NCBI GenBank assembly: GCA_951406725.2
Contig: OX597827.1
Coordinates: 30,256,001 to 30,320,000 of the forward strand
DNA: 64,000 nucleotides
Direction: 5' to 3'
DNA from: Octopus vulgaris
Taxonomy: Eukaryota
The position numbers and the translations under genes were made by a program. Positions 15,399 through 27,920 of the stretch are shown here, piece by piece. The notes below the pieces were generated by a model that saw only the letters and a program-made list of their open reading frames with translations, had not been told where the DNA came from and did no database searches. How positions within the stretch are numbered: the stretch's first letter is position 1; every line of letters starts with the position of its first letter.

Positions 15399-18300
15399 CG
15401 ATCGATAGTGTTCATTGTTAGATCGGCTCGTAAGTCAATCGCTTTTTTTATTGTGTTTTTGAAAAAGTTTCGTTTGAATTTTTTGCACACGGAGTGTGTA
15501 AGACACCCAGCTTACATCTGGGTGGGTTTTCCGGAGGGGATTTTGCCCCTAGGGGCAATTTCAGCCTTGATTATATATCAAAATTTTTGCTGCCATAGCT
15601 TGCTTTCACACAATGTCGCCGAAGCATTCCTCATAACACGTAGACGCTGTTCTCTCTCTCTCTGTTGCATCCATTTGTTTACGTTTTACATTTTCAGAGT
15701 TTTTCAACTTTTCAAATGCCCAACTAACGTTTGGGTGGGTTTTTTTTAAATGTAGAATTCACCCCTAGGGGCATTTTCATCAATTGATTTTTATTTTTCT
15801 CGAAAAAAAAAATATATATCGAGAAATTTTATTGTAGAACAGTATTCTGTGATTTTTCTAAGGAGGATTTTCCTGTTTTGGAAAAGACAGTCAACAAAGA
15901 CGCTGATATAAAGAAAGATAAAACTGAAATCAACACCACCACCACCACCACCAACACCAATGATAGAACTAACACTGACACAGCAACCGTTAACAACAAC
16001 AACAAAAATGAAGTAAATATAAATGACCACGATGTTTCGCAAGATTTGATTATCTCACCTATTAATGGTGAAGATAATATTAACATGACAAAAGTAACAA
16101 TACCTGAAAAAGCTACAAACAATACAACAACCAACAATAATTCTGATACAACAACAAAAACACACAACGACAACTGCCAGAAGAGAACTGTGAATTTCGC
16201 TGACACCCTGCGTCAGAAAAAAGAAATTATACAGTTCACAAATGAAGAGTTGGTGGAGACAAGATCACTCTTCACAACTTCAGGGCAAAATTTAATTCTA
16301 CACACACCACAGCATGTGAAAGAAGATGTGGAGAAGAGAACAATTTTATATAGGATTATAAAAAAAAATCCCCCCAAAAAAAACAGAACAGGTAACAAAA
16401 GCAGACATTGAAACATGTGCCAAGAATATTATGAAAATAAAACAATACATAAACTGGGGTCCCCAGTTTAATACAGTGGTGGTCCGCTTCCATAATCAGG
16501 AAGAAGCAAAAGTTCACTCTACAGAAACACTACAAAATGAAGAACTCATCATGATACCATATTACAGAGGCCAAAGAGTAAGTAAGATAAAAATAAAAAA
16601 TGTCCCGCCAGAAATCCCACCCAAATGGATAACATCGGCGACATGTTATCATTTGAAATCGATAAACATATTGGAAATCGCGGTGTTTAAAAATGATAAT
16701 TGGACTGGTAAATCGATAGAGGTGACCCTTCAAATCGATGGGTCTTCTATCGAGAACTTACCTAATATCATATATTTGGAAAATGGGCAAAGCCTGTATG
16801 TAGTAGCAGAAGGTAAAAAGCCAAGATGCTGCAGCTGTGGCAGCCCAGACCACTTAATTGCAAAGTGCATTCTGGGACAGAGAAAAATAAAAAACCTCTG
16901 CTACCAACACCACCAAACCCACAACTGATACAAGAATTATATAGAAATATTGAACAACGCCAAGAACAACAACAAACTAGCAAACAAACCCCAACAACAT
17001 CACCAAGATGAGAAACAGCACCAACACAATTACCGTTGATGTTGCAACCAAATAAAGAAGCGAAACCACAACCAACATCAAAAGACAGACCAACACCAGC
17101 ACCAAGGACAACAACTAAGAAAACAGATAACAGTGACGAGAAGACAAATTCTACCCCTAACACCACAACAACACAAACATCGCACAAAACAACAACACTT
17201 TCTACAAACATACATATTAACGCAAATGCTTTGCCTTTACCTCCTTCTGATTCGTCAGACTCTTCGTCCAACGACGAAAGTTCGACAGAATGGCAAATAG
17301 CCACAGGGGGTAAAAGGAAAAGATCAAAAAAGCCCACCAAACAAGCAAGTAAAGCAGGGAGATATTTAACTCCTGACATCCCCCCCCTTCCCCTTAGACA
17401 ATCAAAACATCAATGAACCCGCAAAACCACACACACACATCTAACAGCAATAGACACAGACAATAAAAAAACTAATGGAATACATTGCATCCAACACAAA
17501 CATCTGTGAAGATGACTTTAAAGTAAATAATCATCCACGCACTACACCACCGAAACACATAAGAATTGTACACATAACACAAACACAGCACCACACACTG
17601 AAAACCATATTTCCAAAACGGTCGGGGGGTTTCAAAAATACTTGTCGAAAAAACTCTACAAACACCTCCTCAAAGACATTTCAAAAGAAGAAGAAAAAAC
17701 TCAAACTTTCGAAATGAGTAAGTGACCTTCTCTCTTGCCTCTTGTCTCTTTCATTTTAGTGTGTGAAACACAATTTTCTTAAACATCAATTATGCTTAAA
17801 TTAGGTTGTGTGAATGTGCGTGGCTTGGCGTCGGCTTGGAAGCAAGGTTACCTTCTAAACGACATCAAGTCACTGAATGTGGATATAGTAGCTATCAGTG
17901 AAACCAGACTCAGCAAGCCGCGGGCCCTCACGTCCATATTTGGCAGTCAATTCAACATTTATTTTTCTCTCTGTCTGCCGAACATGGGTGGTGGGGGTAC
18001 CGCGGTGCTTTTTCGAAAGAGTCTAAATGTAAAAGTAAGAACAATATTCCTTGACCCGGAGGGTAGGCTGGTTGTCTTGGATGTGGATGGCAGAAATGGG
18101 TGTGCATTCCGTCTGATGGCAGTTTATGCACCGTCCTTAACGGGTCGGGCGGATTTCTTCAGACGTCTAGAGGTTTTCCTGGGTATGTCTAGACCTTTAC
18201 TGTTAGTAGGGGATTGGAACGCTACCTTGGACACACATCTAGACTATGTGGGAATGGATAGGAATAGAAAGGGATGTAAGTGCCTCAAAGACCTGCTCAG

Positions 18301-20700
18301 ACGTTTCCATTTGTCTGACAGGTTCCGACTCGACCATCCAAACGTGCCAACGTGGACTTGGACAAACCATGACGGAACATCGAGATCTTATCTAGATAGA
18401 ATTCTATGTAGGACAGAAGATAGGGATAGTGTCCACAATTTAAAATAGTCAGCTACACAGATCACAAATTTGTGACGTGTACGCTCAACTTAGATAAGAC
18501 ACATAGACAAGGTCCCGGTTACTGGAAACTAAACACGTCGCTCTTAGTGCGACAGGTTTACAGGTTGGCGGGAGCCGTCGTTAACAACCACTGGTGGTTC
18601 GCCCTGAAAATGGCAATAAAATCGGAATCAATTAGGTTTAGCAAGGAATTAGCGATAGATCGAAATAGAGTAGAGGGAGACTTGGTTAAGAAACTAGAAG
18701 AGGCACTTACCACTGGCAGCGCAACCAACTGATGGCTGCGAGGATGGCCCTCGACCAACACCTCAACACCAAACACGAAGGTTGCGTCGTCAGAGCTAAA
18801 ATGCGTGCCTTAAGGAACGAAGGGATCGAAGCTGCGCGAGAGGCCCGGATAGCGAAGGCGCAACGTGACAACAGAGCCACCATTTGGTCTCTAATAGATC
18901 AACAGGGATGCAGTTTACTCGAACCCGAATGGATATGTGAGGCCTTTCAACAGCACTTTGCTCGACTGTTTGGTGCAAGTGGTGGGTCGGAAAGCAGGAT
19001 GGATTTCAGTACCTACCTGACCGACCTGCCGCGGCTCTCGGCAAGGGAAGCAGAGTGTTGTGAAAGTTCCATCACAGCTGCTGACATGCGGGATGCGATG
19101 GCGGGCTGTGCGAGGGATAAGTCTCTGTATTATCAAATGCCAGACTTGTTTGGCGACCTCTTGGCATCAGTCTACAGCAACTGGCAACAAAACGGGAGAA
19201 TCCCCGGTTTCGTGAGCCGAGGTGCAGTGACGTTGCTGAAGAAAGACCCAAACAAGGGGAATTTTATAGATAAGTTCGGGCCCATCACTCTGCTCAACGC
19301 AGATTTTAAAATTTTGGCCAAAGTAATAGCTGAGAGGTTGGCGCTTGTCATTGGTAAACTGGTCGACAGGGTGCAAACATGCGCTGTGCCGGGCAGACCC
19401 ATACATGACAACCTCCATCTGATGCGCTACATTGTGGACAGGGTAGCTAAGAATCCTGGCATGGGTGGGGCGCTGATCAATTTGGATCAGTCTAAAGCCT
19501 TCGATAGGGTCGACCAACGGTACTTGGCGGCCATCCTCAGGGCGGCTGGCTTTGGACCCATCTTCCACAGTTGGATAGCTGCCTTGTATAGCGGCATCTG
19601 ATCGGTGATTCGGGTGAACGGTCACCTGTCGAAACCGTTTGACATCACGCATTCAGTCCATCAGGGGTGTCCCCTGTTGGCGCTTCTGTATGTATTGACT
19701 CTTGAGCTGCTATGCGGAAGCTGGTGACACTGAGGGGATCCCATGGGAACTGGGTTGCAGGACGAGCGTGTCGGCATATGCGGACGATGTCACCGTCATA
19801 GTGTTGAGCGAAAAACACATCCAGATGATAGGTGAAACACTAAAAGAATATGAAACGGTAACGGGAGTGAAAATTAACCTGGAAAATCCAGTGGGTTTGC
19901 TACTCAGCACCTGGAGAAGCAAGCCCATACCGTCCGACTGCGGCTCAGTAGTGGGACACTGGACGGACGGACCGGTTAAATTGCTCGGGGTCTGGTTCAG
20001 TCCGGACCTCCAAATGGATAAGAACTGGGACGAGATCACAAGTAGAGTGGTCACTCTCAGCCAAACATGGGCCAAGAGAAAGCTGTCTCTAAAAGGTCGG
20101 GTGGAGGTGGCAAACGCGTACATCGCATCCGTCATCGATTACCACCTGACCGTCGTGCCTTGTCCCGACGCTACCATCACCAAACTGAAACGCATACTCT
20201 TGGTGAAAGAATGTGTGTGGTGGACGCGTTTGAAAGGGCTACAAACAAACACCTTCCTCTCTGGTCAGTCTCTCATCAACTTTTTCAAGTACCACTTGAA
20301 AAGGAGGATGAGAATAGAGAGGAAGGCTTTGTCGAACAAATGTTTCAATAAAAAGTGGGTAAAAGTGGTAAAAATGGTCAGTATGAAAGACGACACCATT
20401 TTAAGTGTAAATCTGTAACCAAAAGAGACAACGAGAGGTAAGGTGACTTACTCTTATGTACATTTCGAACTGTCTGAGGTGACCTTGGTCCTTTTTGTAG
20501 GTTTTTCTTTCCAAGGCTACACCTAAACTGTGAACTTTATATATATTGCTTTTTATACATCACATAACCCACAGATCCCTATTGATCGAACGTTTTTTTT
20601 TTCTTTGTGTGTCCCACCCATCCCACCTCGAAAAGAAAAACTCTACATTGTATTTCGTCCATTTTTTCTGTGTTTAGCCCTGTGTGGCCACAATAAAAAG
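15399..20700 (+). mobile_element. Tx1/L1-group LINE, near full length, degenerate (copy 2, tandem to copy 1)
   Basis: Same 5' UTR as copy 1; ORF1 knuckle CCSCGSPDHLIAKC; APE 17792-18448; RT with LDQSKAFDRVD and YADD. An internal deletion near 20200 removes the region up to VKECVWW. Confidence 0.9.
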
Positions 20701-20826
20701 TTATTTATCTATCTAGGCCTATATCCCTATATCTCTTTATCTATATCTACATGCACACACACACAATTAATATAAAGGAGGATTAGCAAGTGAAATTCAC
20801 AAATATTTTATTTTTCCGTATTTCAG

Positions 20827-20949
20827 ACTTTGGAAAATACTTGGAGAGATACTATCTTTAAAAAAAAAAAGATGAAACACGAATTAAGACAGCAGAAGTT
20901 ACTTCAAAAACAAAAAGATGAAGAAATGAAAAATAAACAACGCCATGAG
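20827..20949 (+). CDS. SVBP: SVBP-like (small vasohibin-binding protein/CCDC23) coding exon
   Basis: Bounded by tttcAG and GTAAGT; 123 nt, phase 0/0; ends ...EEMKNKQRHE; in-frame ATG at 20872. Splices in frame to the exon at 29877. Confidence 0.7.
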
Positions 20950-21239
20950 GTAAGTTTATGCATAGATGAGCCAATGAGGGAGTCAAGTAATAACAGCCCA
21001 ATATCCCTCAATTCTATCTCTATAATCTTAAAAATGAAAGAAACATTCAATAATATAACCACGCACGCACACACATACCTCGCATGTGTGTGTGTTGACT
21101 TCTCAAACAAGTGATTTCAAGTACAGTCCCAGTATCTGGTACCTTGAGCAAGTGTCTTCCCAGATGTATATATATTCTATTATTAGTTTCAGCCAGAGGC
21201 TGTGGTCATGTCATGGCACCACCTTTAGCACTAATGTGT

Positions 21240-21800
21240 GTTTATTTTAGACTCGATTCCTCATCCTGTTTCTGGAATCGGTCCTGATGAAGTAATGAGT
21301 TTGATAGAGGTGCCCTTTTACGATTCTTGCCACGATGTGGGTCCATCGCATATATCAGATAGAAATTTGTTCATACCTCATAGGTTTCTGAGGCCTTTTG
21401 GCAATGTATTGGAAAGTTGCAGATTTTGGAAAACTTAGTTGCATTGGGAACTTACTCTGGGGCGGAGATGACAGGATTTTTGGTATTATGCAGTGTCATT
21501 CAGTCCGGTGAGTGGTATGGCTTTCAATTTCAAAGTTGGAAGCTATATCTCCCAGTATTTCAGCTAACTTGTATATTACATCCAAATCCATCTACATTTT
21601 TGAGATATCTTCAGGGTTCTTGTTTGCTTGAGATACATTTGCATCATCAGCAGCTAACTGCATAAAAGTACCACCATGAATAGCAGTGGTCCGAGTACAG
21701 TTCTCTGAAGGTCTCCTTTAGTATTGATGTCTTCTCAGAGAGTACACCATTGGTTGTGACAGTCTGGCTTCTGTCTTTTAAAAAGTCATCAGCTATTCTT
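21240..21800 (-). mobile_element. Highly degenerate CR1-like RT fragment
   Basis: Minus strand Q.TVLGPLLF motif followed by a YADD-like remnant. Confidence 0.5.
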
Positions 21801-22894
21801 CTTGTTTACCAGTGATATGTACATGTGTGTGTGTGTGTGTAAGAGAGAAAGAGAATGTATCTCTTATGATAAAAGGCAGATTTTCTCTGCCTGTTCCCAT
21901 GTTCCTTTTTAATACAATTCTACAATATAGAATTTCTTCAATTGGAATTTACCTATGATTTTTTGAAGTAGATTCAATTGGGTCATGGCATGTAAAGTTT
22001 TTTCAATTTGACCCCCCAATTAAGCAAAAATTCGAGAAAACTCAATATTTTACGATTTGCCTCTCTCATTTCAAGTGGTTTACTCCTGCTATTACCACCA
22101 CACTTTCTCCTACTTTCTCTTTGCAAGTGTGAAACTATAAAAGTGAAAGTATTATATAACAGGGATGAGCCATTAATAGTGGTCATCCTTTTTGCCAGAG
22201 GAAGATCCGCTATGGTCTTATATGCTACACCACTGGTTTTTGATTCATATTAATCAAATTAATATTCAATTTTTCACCCTTATTATGTGTGTGTGTGTGT
22301 ATTAGCAATTCGTATAAAATAGCATCAATGACTTCAACTTGAATAAGTGGTTTCACATAAATGGGGATGAATTTAAAAGGTTTCTTGTTATTATTATTAC
22401 TGTTTGACTATTGTAATCACGTTTTTTGGTTCCTCGTCAGGGAAACGTTGTTGTGTTGCATTTGTTAAATAATTGTAAAGCGTAACCCTCCCCCTTTCGG
22501 AGAAGGGGCTTTGGTTATTGTCTAAAAATTGAATTGTGTCCCTGTTTGGGGAAATTGACAATATTTTCACCGTCTTTACGGAAGCATTTTTGTTAAAATG
22601 CCTTCGATAGAAGAAAGTCCAAAAATGAATTTCGCTGCAGCCGTACACTTTTATACAAGAGGGAGGACAAGATCCAATTGATCGAAATTGCAAGAGACAG
22701 GCCTACAATTCCAGTCTGTTATATATTTTGAGTATTGTTATCACTAGCGATATCAAGATATAACTTTGTATTTTGTATTTTATGTGTAGATGTATATATA
22801 TAGATGTACATGTAATATGTACACATATATATACACATATATACATGCATAATATATTTACCCATACACACATATGCACATACACACACATACA

Positions 22895-23030
22895 TAGGGG
22901 CAGGTGTGGCTGTGTGGTAACAAACTACGTTCCAAACACATGGTCCTGGGTTCAGTCCCACTGTGTGGTGACTTGGCATGTGTCTTCTGCTGTAGCTTCA
23001 GACCAACAAAAGCCTTCTCAGTGGATTTTG
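22895..23030 (+). mobile_element. tRNA-derived SINE 5' fragment inside the Helitron (also at 51176-51310)
   Basis: ggcaggtgtggctgtgtggtaa...gggttcagtccc (A/B boxes) is homologous to the SINE at 32033-32436. Confidence 0.75.
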
Positions 23031-23169
23031 TGCATATATACAGGCATACATACATATATATACATGCATACGTACATATTCGGCATAAACACTCTACCAC
23101 TACAACTAATAACTGTTGGGAACACTTTCAAACCTGCCTTACATTCGAACCGGAATCTCAAAAACATTG

Positions 23170-24814
23170 TTCCCTTCAGCGCCAAGCTCAACTGCTCTAT
23201 CCTGACATGGAGGGTATCAGCAATGAAATCTATTACAAAACACTCATTGACGTTGAAGACAGAATTGCTAAACTGGGAGGAAATGAATTGTCGACGTATG
23301 GCCCGCCACAAGCATTCAGGTCAGGGTCAAATAGCCTTCCCACTGCTGTCATTCGTGAAACAACCTACGACACTCAAGCGCTTTCAAAGTACATTGTTGA
23401 AAATGAGCCTAAATTACTTCCGGACCAGCTGCAGGCCTACAGAACTATTCTTAACAGTGTACGCCAATGCGAGGGACGAATCTTCTTCCTCGATGCTCCT
23501 GGAGGAACAGGAAAAACATTTATTACAAAGCTTCTCCTTGCAGAAGTTAGGTAGCATCCTGATGCTACCAAATGGAAATTTTGTGAATTCTCGCTGGTGT
23601 ATGCATACGTGTACATTGCAGTAGCTGTAGCCTCCTCTGGCATTGCAGCTACTTTGTTACCCGGTGGCAGGACAGCACACTCAACTTTTAAACTCCCTCT
23701 CAATTTAGCAGCATCCGAAATGCCTTCATGCAACATCAACAAAAGCTCAGATCAGGGACAAGTACTTAAAATGTGTTATGTAATTGTCTGGGATGAGTGC
23801 ACTATGGCTCACAAGGGAGCTTTGGAAGCATTAGATAGAGCTCTGAAAGACATCTGAGACTGTCAGCCTCCAATGGGAGGTGTAACGCTTCTGTTGTCAG
23901 GTGATTTCAGGCAAACTCTTCCTGTCATTCCGAAAGGCACTAGAGCTGATGAAGTTCAAGCATGCCTAAAGTCCTCTACCCTGTGGCATCATGTTACAAT
24001 CTTTAGTCTCACCACTAACATGAGAGCTCAGCTACACGGCGACACAATGTCCACAAAGTTTGCACAGGACATTTTGACACTTGGTGAAGGCAAGATGCCT
24101 CTCGATGCTGCAGGACAAATGGAAGTGTGGTCATTTTCCTCTGTTGTTAATTCTGTAGATGACCTCAAAAACAAAGTCTTTCCCAACTTCACACAAAACT
24201 ACCAAAATCACAATTGGATGTGTGAAAGAGCAATATTAGCTCCAAAAAACGTTGCTGTTAACAAACTTAATCAACAGCTAATGCATTCTCTTCCCGGCAC
24301 TATACACACTTACAAATCTGTTGATACAATTCCAGATATAAATGATGTTGTGAACTACCCTCCTGAATTTTTCAATTCACTGGAGCCCTCCTCGACTACC
24401 TCCACTTAAAGTTGGAACTCCTGTAATGCTACTCCGCAATCTGGAAACACCAAGACTTTGCAATGGGACACAACTGGTGATAAAGAAAATGATATTACAC
24501 ATTATCGAGGCGATTATTCTTTCTGGATGTGGAAAAGGTGATGACGTCTTTATTCCAAGATTTCCTCTTATTCCATCAGGAGCAGAAATTCCATTTACAT
24601 TCAGAAGACTGCAAGACTTCGTGTCAGCTTTGCCATGTCCATTAACAAATCTCAGGGTCAAACCCTCTCTGTAGCTGGTCTTCTCTTGGAAGAGCCCTGC
24701 TTCTCGCATAGGCAACTGTATGTTGGCTGCTCAAGAGTAGGAACCAAAAGAAACCTTTTTGTATATGCTCCACAAGGAAAAACAAGGAACATTGTTTACA
24801 ACGAGGTGTTATAA
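23170..24814 (+). pseudogene. Helitron PIF1-family SF1B helicase, disrupted
   Basis: FFLDAPGGTGKT, ASSGIAATLLPGGRTAHS, IVWDEC, GDFRQTLP, LCNGT, and GQLYVGCSRV-like motifs. Confidence 0.9.
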
Positions 24815-25859
24815 TCTCAACAGCCAGGAGGTATATACATGATCCCCATTTTTTTAACAAACTTCATGTACTTTCATGTATTTATATTAATATACATATA
24901 TTTGTGTGTGTGTATTCATATATATATATATAACAGAAAAGTCTAATTCTTCTATTGAACGTAACCGAGCAACACCGGGTATCTCTGCTAGTGTGTGTAC
25001 ATATACGTATATAATTTGCATCATTATTGTCGTTGTCGTCATCATCATCATCATCTTCTTTATCAGTGATGCCATCGTCACTTCAACATCCACTTTACCA
25101 TGCTTATATGGTTTGGACAAAGTTCATTGCCACTGAATTTTCTGTGTTCAGATGCCCTTCCTGTCACACATTTTTACTTGCTTCCAAGCAAAGTAGTATT
25201 CCTGTATGGCCAAACATGTTTTCAATGAATATTGGAAAATGAATGACATTCATTAAAAGACACACGATGCCAAGGCAAAGATACACAAACATACATACAT
25301 ACCTATTGTGACTGCCGCATCTTGTCAGATGTTAGCCCTCTCACATTCAGCATGATTGTTCTGATTTACTTTCATCCATGAATGAGCTCGGATATGACTT
25401 TTCAGGCCTGTACACGTCACATGCATCCATTACCATAAGACTTTAGAAAATACAAAACAGATAAAAAACAATGAAACGATTGTCAGACATTTGTACGTCA
25501 TTTGATTTAAGTGAAAAAAGCTTGTATAACACTTCTGCCACTCACTTGATTGTCATAGTATGTCCCAGTGACAAGCATTGTAAGATGACTGCTACTAGTT
25601 TGACTGCAAGTTTTATGTCAGAATATCTTTGTCTTAGAAAAGCAGCCCCAGCACAATTCTTCCAGGCCCCATCAGTGGGGCATATATCCCACATTAGGAG
25701 TCACTGCTGTAGTCTTTTTATGTTGGGAAAGATGCGTTCAACTTCCTGTAGCCAGGTCTCTGAGTCCTATCTAAGGTGACTGTGAAGATTACAAATTTAT
25801 GATCTGTGTAGCCGACCAGTTTGAATTTTGAACACCCTAACATATTTCTGTCTGTTAAC

Positions 25860-26195
25860 CTAACAAATAATCTATGTACAATATGGAAGATCCATCATTG
25901 TGGCTCCAAGTCCACATTGGCATATTTGGGAGATCCAATCAGTATCTTTCAAACAGCTGAAAAAGTCTAAGCATGTTTTTGAGGCTTTTGCATCTTCTAT
26001 GGGTTAACCCTATACAATTCCATTGTGTGTCATGAATATCACTGCAAGTCCCTACTAGAACTAAAGAACAGGATGCACCAAGGAAGGTGTCTAGACGTCT
26101 GTAGAAATGTAGCCATCTGAAGGCACTGCTTTTACTGTCGCTCACATGTAACACCACCAACTTAGCTGTCAGATCAAGAAAGATCGTCTGCACCT
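25860..26195 (-). mobile_element. Tx1-like APE endonuclease fragment, degenerate
   Basis: VQTIFLDLTAKLVVLHV...AFR...FYRRLDTFLG aligns with the APE of copies 1 and 2. Confidence 0.7.
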
Positions 26196-26199
26196 CAAC

Positions 26200-26410
26200 A
26201 ACAACCATAATGGTTACAAATTTTGCCACAAGGGCAGCTATTTTGGGGAAGAGTACAAATCGATTACATCTACTCCAGTATTTCACTGGTTCTTAATTTA
26301 TCAATTTCTGAAAGGATGAAAGGCCAAGTCGACCACGGCAGAATTTGAACTCAGAACATAGATGAAATACCGCTAAGCATTTGGCCCGACGGGCGAATGA
26401 TTCTGTGCAA
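26200..26410 (-). mobile_element. SINE fragment (also at about 36150-36270)
   Basis: gaaaggatgaaaggccaagtcgaccacggcagaatttgaactcagaac, a B-box-containing repeat read on the minus strand. Confidence 0.55.
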
Positions 26411-26899
26411 GTCATCATCAAGCCATTAATCAGGACCTGAATTAAAGTCAAAAGTGCAAAAGGGAAAAAATGGAATGAGAAAAAGAAGTGAGCCGAATAA
26501 ATGAGGTTTCATGAAACAAATGAACAGAATATAGGATGAAAAATGAGGTTTTGAAACATCCGCCCAGTGACTGATAAACCAGGCTAGAGCAATTTGTATG
26601 ACTGACTGGCTTACAGGATTAGCAGTTGAAGAAATCCAGAGAAGAATAAGAAATGAGAAGGAAGAGAGAGAAAAAGCAGTGGCAGAAAGTTGTAATGAAG
26701 GAGTAAAAGATGAAGAATATGAAAAAGAAGGAAATCACTATGTGCCTGAGATTGCTGATGAAGAAAGTGGTGAAGATGATCAAGTTGGACAGGTGAGAGT
26801 AACTGGTGATCAAGATTTGAATGACAAAGGGAAGGAGATTTTAGAGTTGCTGCGAGCAAAATGTGTAATGGGAACAATGAATTATATAGACAGAGGATG

Positions 26900-27920
26900 T
26901 TAGGAGAACCACCGTTGAAGTAAATGACGTTTTGAGTTTGATTAGAACAGAAAACTTAAGTGAAAGAAACCAGCTGATCATCGCTGCTGCTAATTCTATA
27001 GCTAACATAGTAGAATGCAAACAGAAAATGAAAGGAAATGAAAAGAAAGAACGAAATTGGAAGAAGAGAATATGAATGAAGTTAGAAAAGACATGGAAAG
27101 AACTGGAGCAACTGAATGAGGTAGTAATCATAAAATTGAGAGGACAGTAAAGGTTAGAAGAAGAAACAGGAAAGCAAATGGCAGATGAAGATTTGATACA
27201 AAAGGGGACAGCATTAAAGGCCAGACTGAAAAAATATGATGCAAAGGCTTTGCAGAGAATAGACTTTTCCAATCGAATAGAAGGCATCTTTTTTGTGGAA
27301 ATAGAGATGGAACAACATCAGGAAATTTTGGAGGGAACTGTGGAACAGACCGGTGAGACATAAAGAAAGCACTGAGTGGCTAACACAGGTGGAAAGACAA
27401 CTTGCAACTGTGCCAAGACAAAAGGGCATCAAAATCAATCTATTGGCTGAAGAACTTTACACAGTTGGATGAAAGGATCACTGCACAACTGGATAAATGC
27501 CTGCAACATAGCCACGCCCCTATCTGGATGACAAGTGGAGGAACTCTGTTATATCTCAAGGATCCCTTGAAAAGTAACTTGATATCAAATTTTTTACCTA
27601 TAACCTGTTTATCACTTATACGGAAGCTTATGACCAGCATCTTAGTGGAAAAGCTATATAATCATTTAGAAAGTAACAATCTACTTCCAAAAAAGCGGAA
27701 AGGATGCAAGAAACAAAGTAGGGCAACAAAAGACCACATATTAGTTGATAAAATGATAATTATAAATTGTAGACACAGAGAAACGGGAACTAAATTAGCA
27801 TGGCTAGATTACAAAAAAGCATATGACATTGTACTGTACAGCCAGATAAGTAAAACAACAAGCATGTTTGGAGTGGCAGAAAATATAGAAGAAAAAGGTT
27901 GATGAAAGTGAAACATTGGA
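26900..27920 (+). mobile_element. R4/Dong-like (RLE-group) non-LTR RT fragment, degenerate
   Basis: PIWMTSGGTLL..KD...NFLPITCL...KGCKKQSRATKDHILVDK...AWLDYKKAYD. Confidence 0.75.

Larger units (their letters stand above)
22131..24991 (+). mobile_element. Non-autonomous Helitron (5'-truncated) carrying a PIF1 helicase remnant
   Basis: Colinear with 50422-55823. It ends accgagcaacaccgggtatctctgCTAG|T (subterminal hairpin plus CTAG at 24988-24991). Confidence 0.85.
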
